Shown: piece by piece, positions 63,172-64,000 of the stretch | Position numbering within the stretch: position 1 is the first letter of the stretch | Layout: each line of letters opens with the position of its first letter | Source: the human T2T-CHM13v2.0 reference genome, Homo sapiens | Length of the DNA stretch: 64,000 bases | Strand: one strand, 5' to 3' | Assembly (NCBI RefSeq): GCF_009914755.1 | Contig: NC_060933.1 | Notes under the pieces: generated by a model | What the model was told of the DNA's origin: nothing | The model's input: only the letters and a program-made list of their open reading frames with translations | Database searches by the model: none | Translations under genes and position numbers: made by a program

Positions 63172-63957
63172 ACGTTTTGTTTTTATTACTGATTCAATTT
63201 CAGAACTTGTTATTGGTCTTCTCAGGGTTTCAATTTATTCCTGGGTTATGGAGCTTGTATGTTTCCAGGAATTTATCCATTTCCTGTAGGTTTTCTAGTT
63301 TGTGTGCATACAGGTGTTCATACTAGTCTCTGATTTTTTTTTTTTCTTGTGGAATCAGTGGTAATGCCCCCTTTGTCATTTCTGATCGTGTTTATTTGGA
63401 TCATTTCTCTTTTCTTCTTTATTAGTATAGCTACTGGTCTATCAATCTTAGTTATTCTTTGTAAGAACCAACTTTTGGTTTTATTGATCTTCTGTACTTT
63501 TTTTAGTCTTCTCAATTTCAATCAGTTTTCACTCTGATTTTTTGATACTGAAATCTCAATTTCAATGTGATTTTGATTATTTTATGCTGCTAGCTTTGGG
63601 GTTGGTTTGCTTTTGTTTTTCTAGTTCCTCTAGATGTGATGTTGGGTTGATAATTTGAGATTTTTCTAACTTTTGGATGTGGAAATTTAGTACTATGAAC
63701 TTTTCTCTTAGACTGCTTTAGCTGTGTCTCAAAGATTCTGTTGTATTTTTTTTTTTATTTTCTCATTAGTGTCAAAGAATTTCTTGATTTCTGCATTAGT
63801 TGCATTCTTTACCCAATATTCATTCAGAAGCAGATTGTTTAATTTCCATGTAAATTGTGGTTTTTAGAGATCTTCTTGGTATTGAGTTCTATTTTTATTG
63901 TGCTGTGGTTTGAGAGTGTAGTTGGTATGATTTTGGGGTTTTTTAATTGAATTTGTT

Positions 63958-64000
63958 GATCTAATTAAACTAAAGAGCTTCTGTATAGCAAAAGAAACTA
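63958..64000 (+). mobile_element. Sense L1 ORF2 piece running off the window
   Basis: gatctaattaaactaaagagcttctgtatagcaaaagaaact = [13 protein letters not shown]. Confidence 0.85.

Larger units (their letters stand above)
61100..63957 (-). mobile_element. Second antisense L1 ORF2 segment (internally deleted, interrupted by Alu and LTR5)
   Basis: [22 protein letters not shown] and KINKTKSWF...[11 protein letters not shown] motifs. Confidence 0.9.

Overview
AT-rich primate (probably hominoid) intergenic or deep-intronic DNA dominated by transposable elements. I can support no cellular protein-coding gene, RNA gene or CRISPR array. The long or recognisable ORFs in the track are L1/ERV remnants, Alu translations or low-complexity artefacts. 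Contents: a heavily deleted gamma-like ERV (protease LDTG motif, integrase end, env ISD/TM, 3' LTR); several solo LTRs (THE1-like, MER4-group, MLT1A, HERV-K LTR5); young and old L1s; Alus, MIRs, L2; and hAT-Charlie MITEs. I found no new gene system. The most unusual signal is a cluster of retrotransposon junctions that record template switching. (i) A twin-primed L1 carries a ~245-bp inverted copy of its own target-site flank at the inversion junction (20133-23638). (ii) An Alu 5' junction carries both direct and inverted copies of its flank (43362-43790). (iii) An Alu stub, fold-back hairpin, 32-bp palindromic AT minisatellite and 84-bp palindrome sit together (33017-33755). (iv) There are three further L1 inversion junctions. 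Two young L1 copies share several non-human-consensus substitutions, hinting at a lineage-specific L1 subfamily. Subfamily names come from memory of consensus sequences, not from a search.
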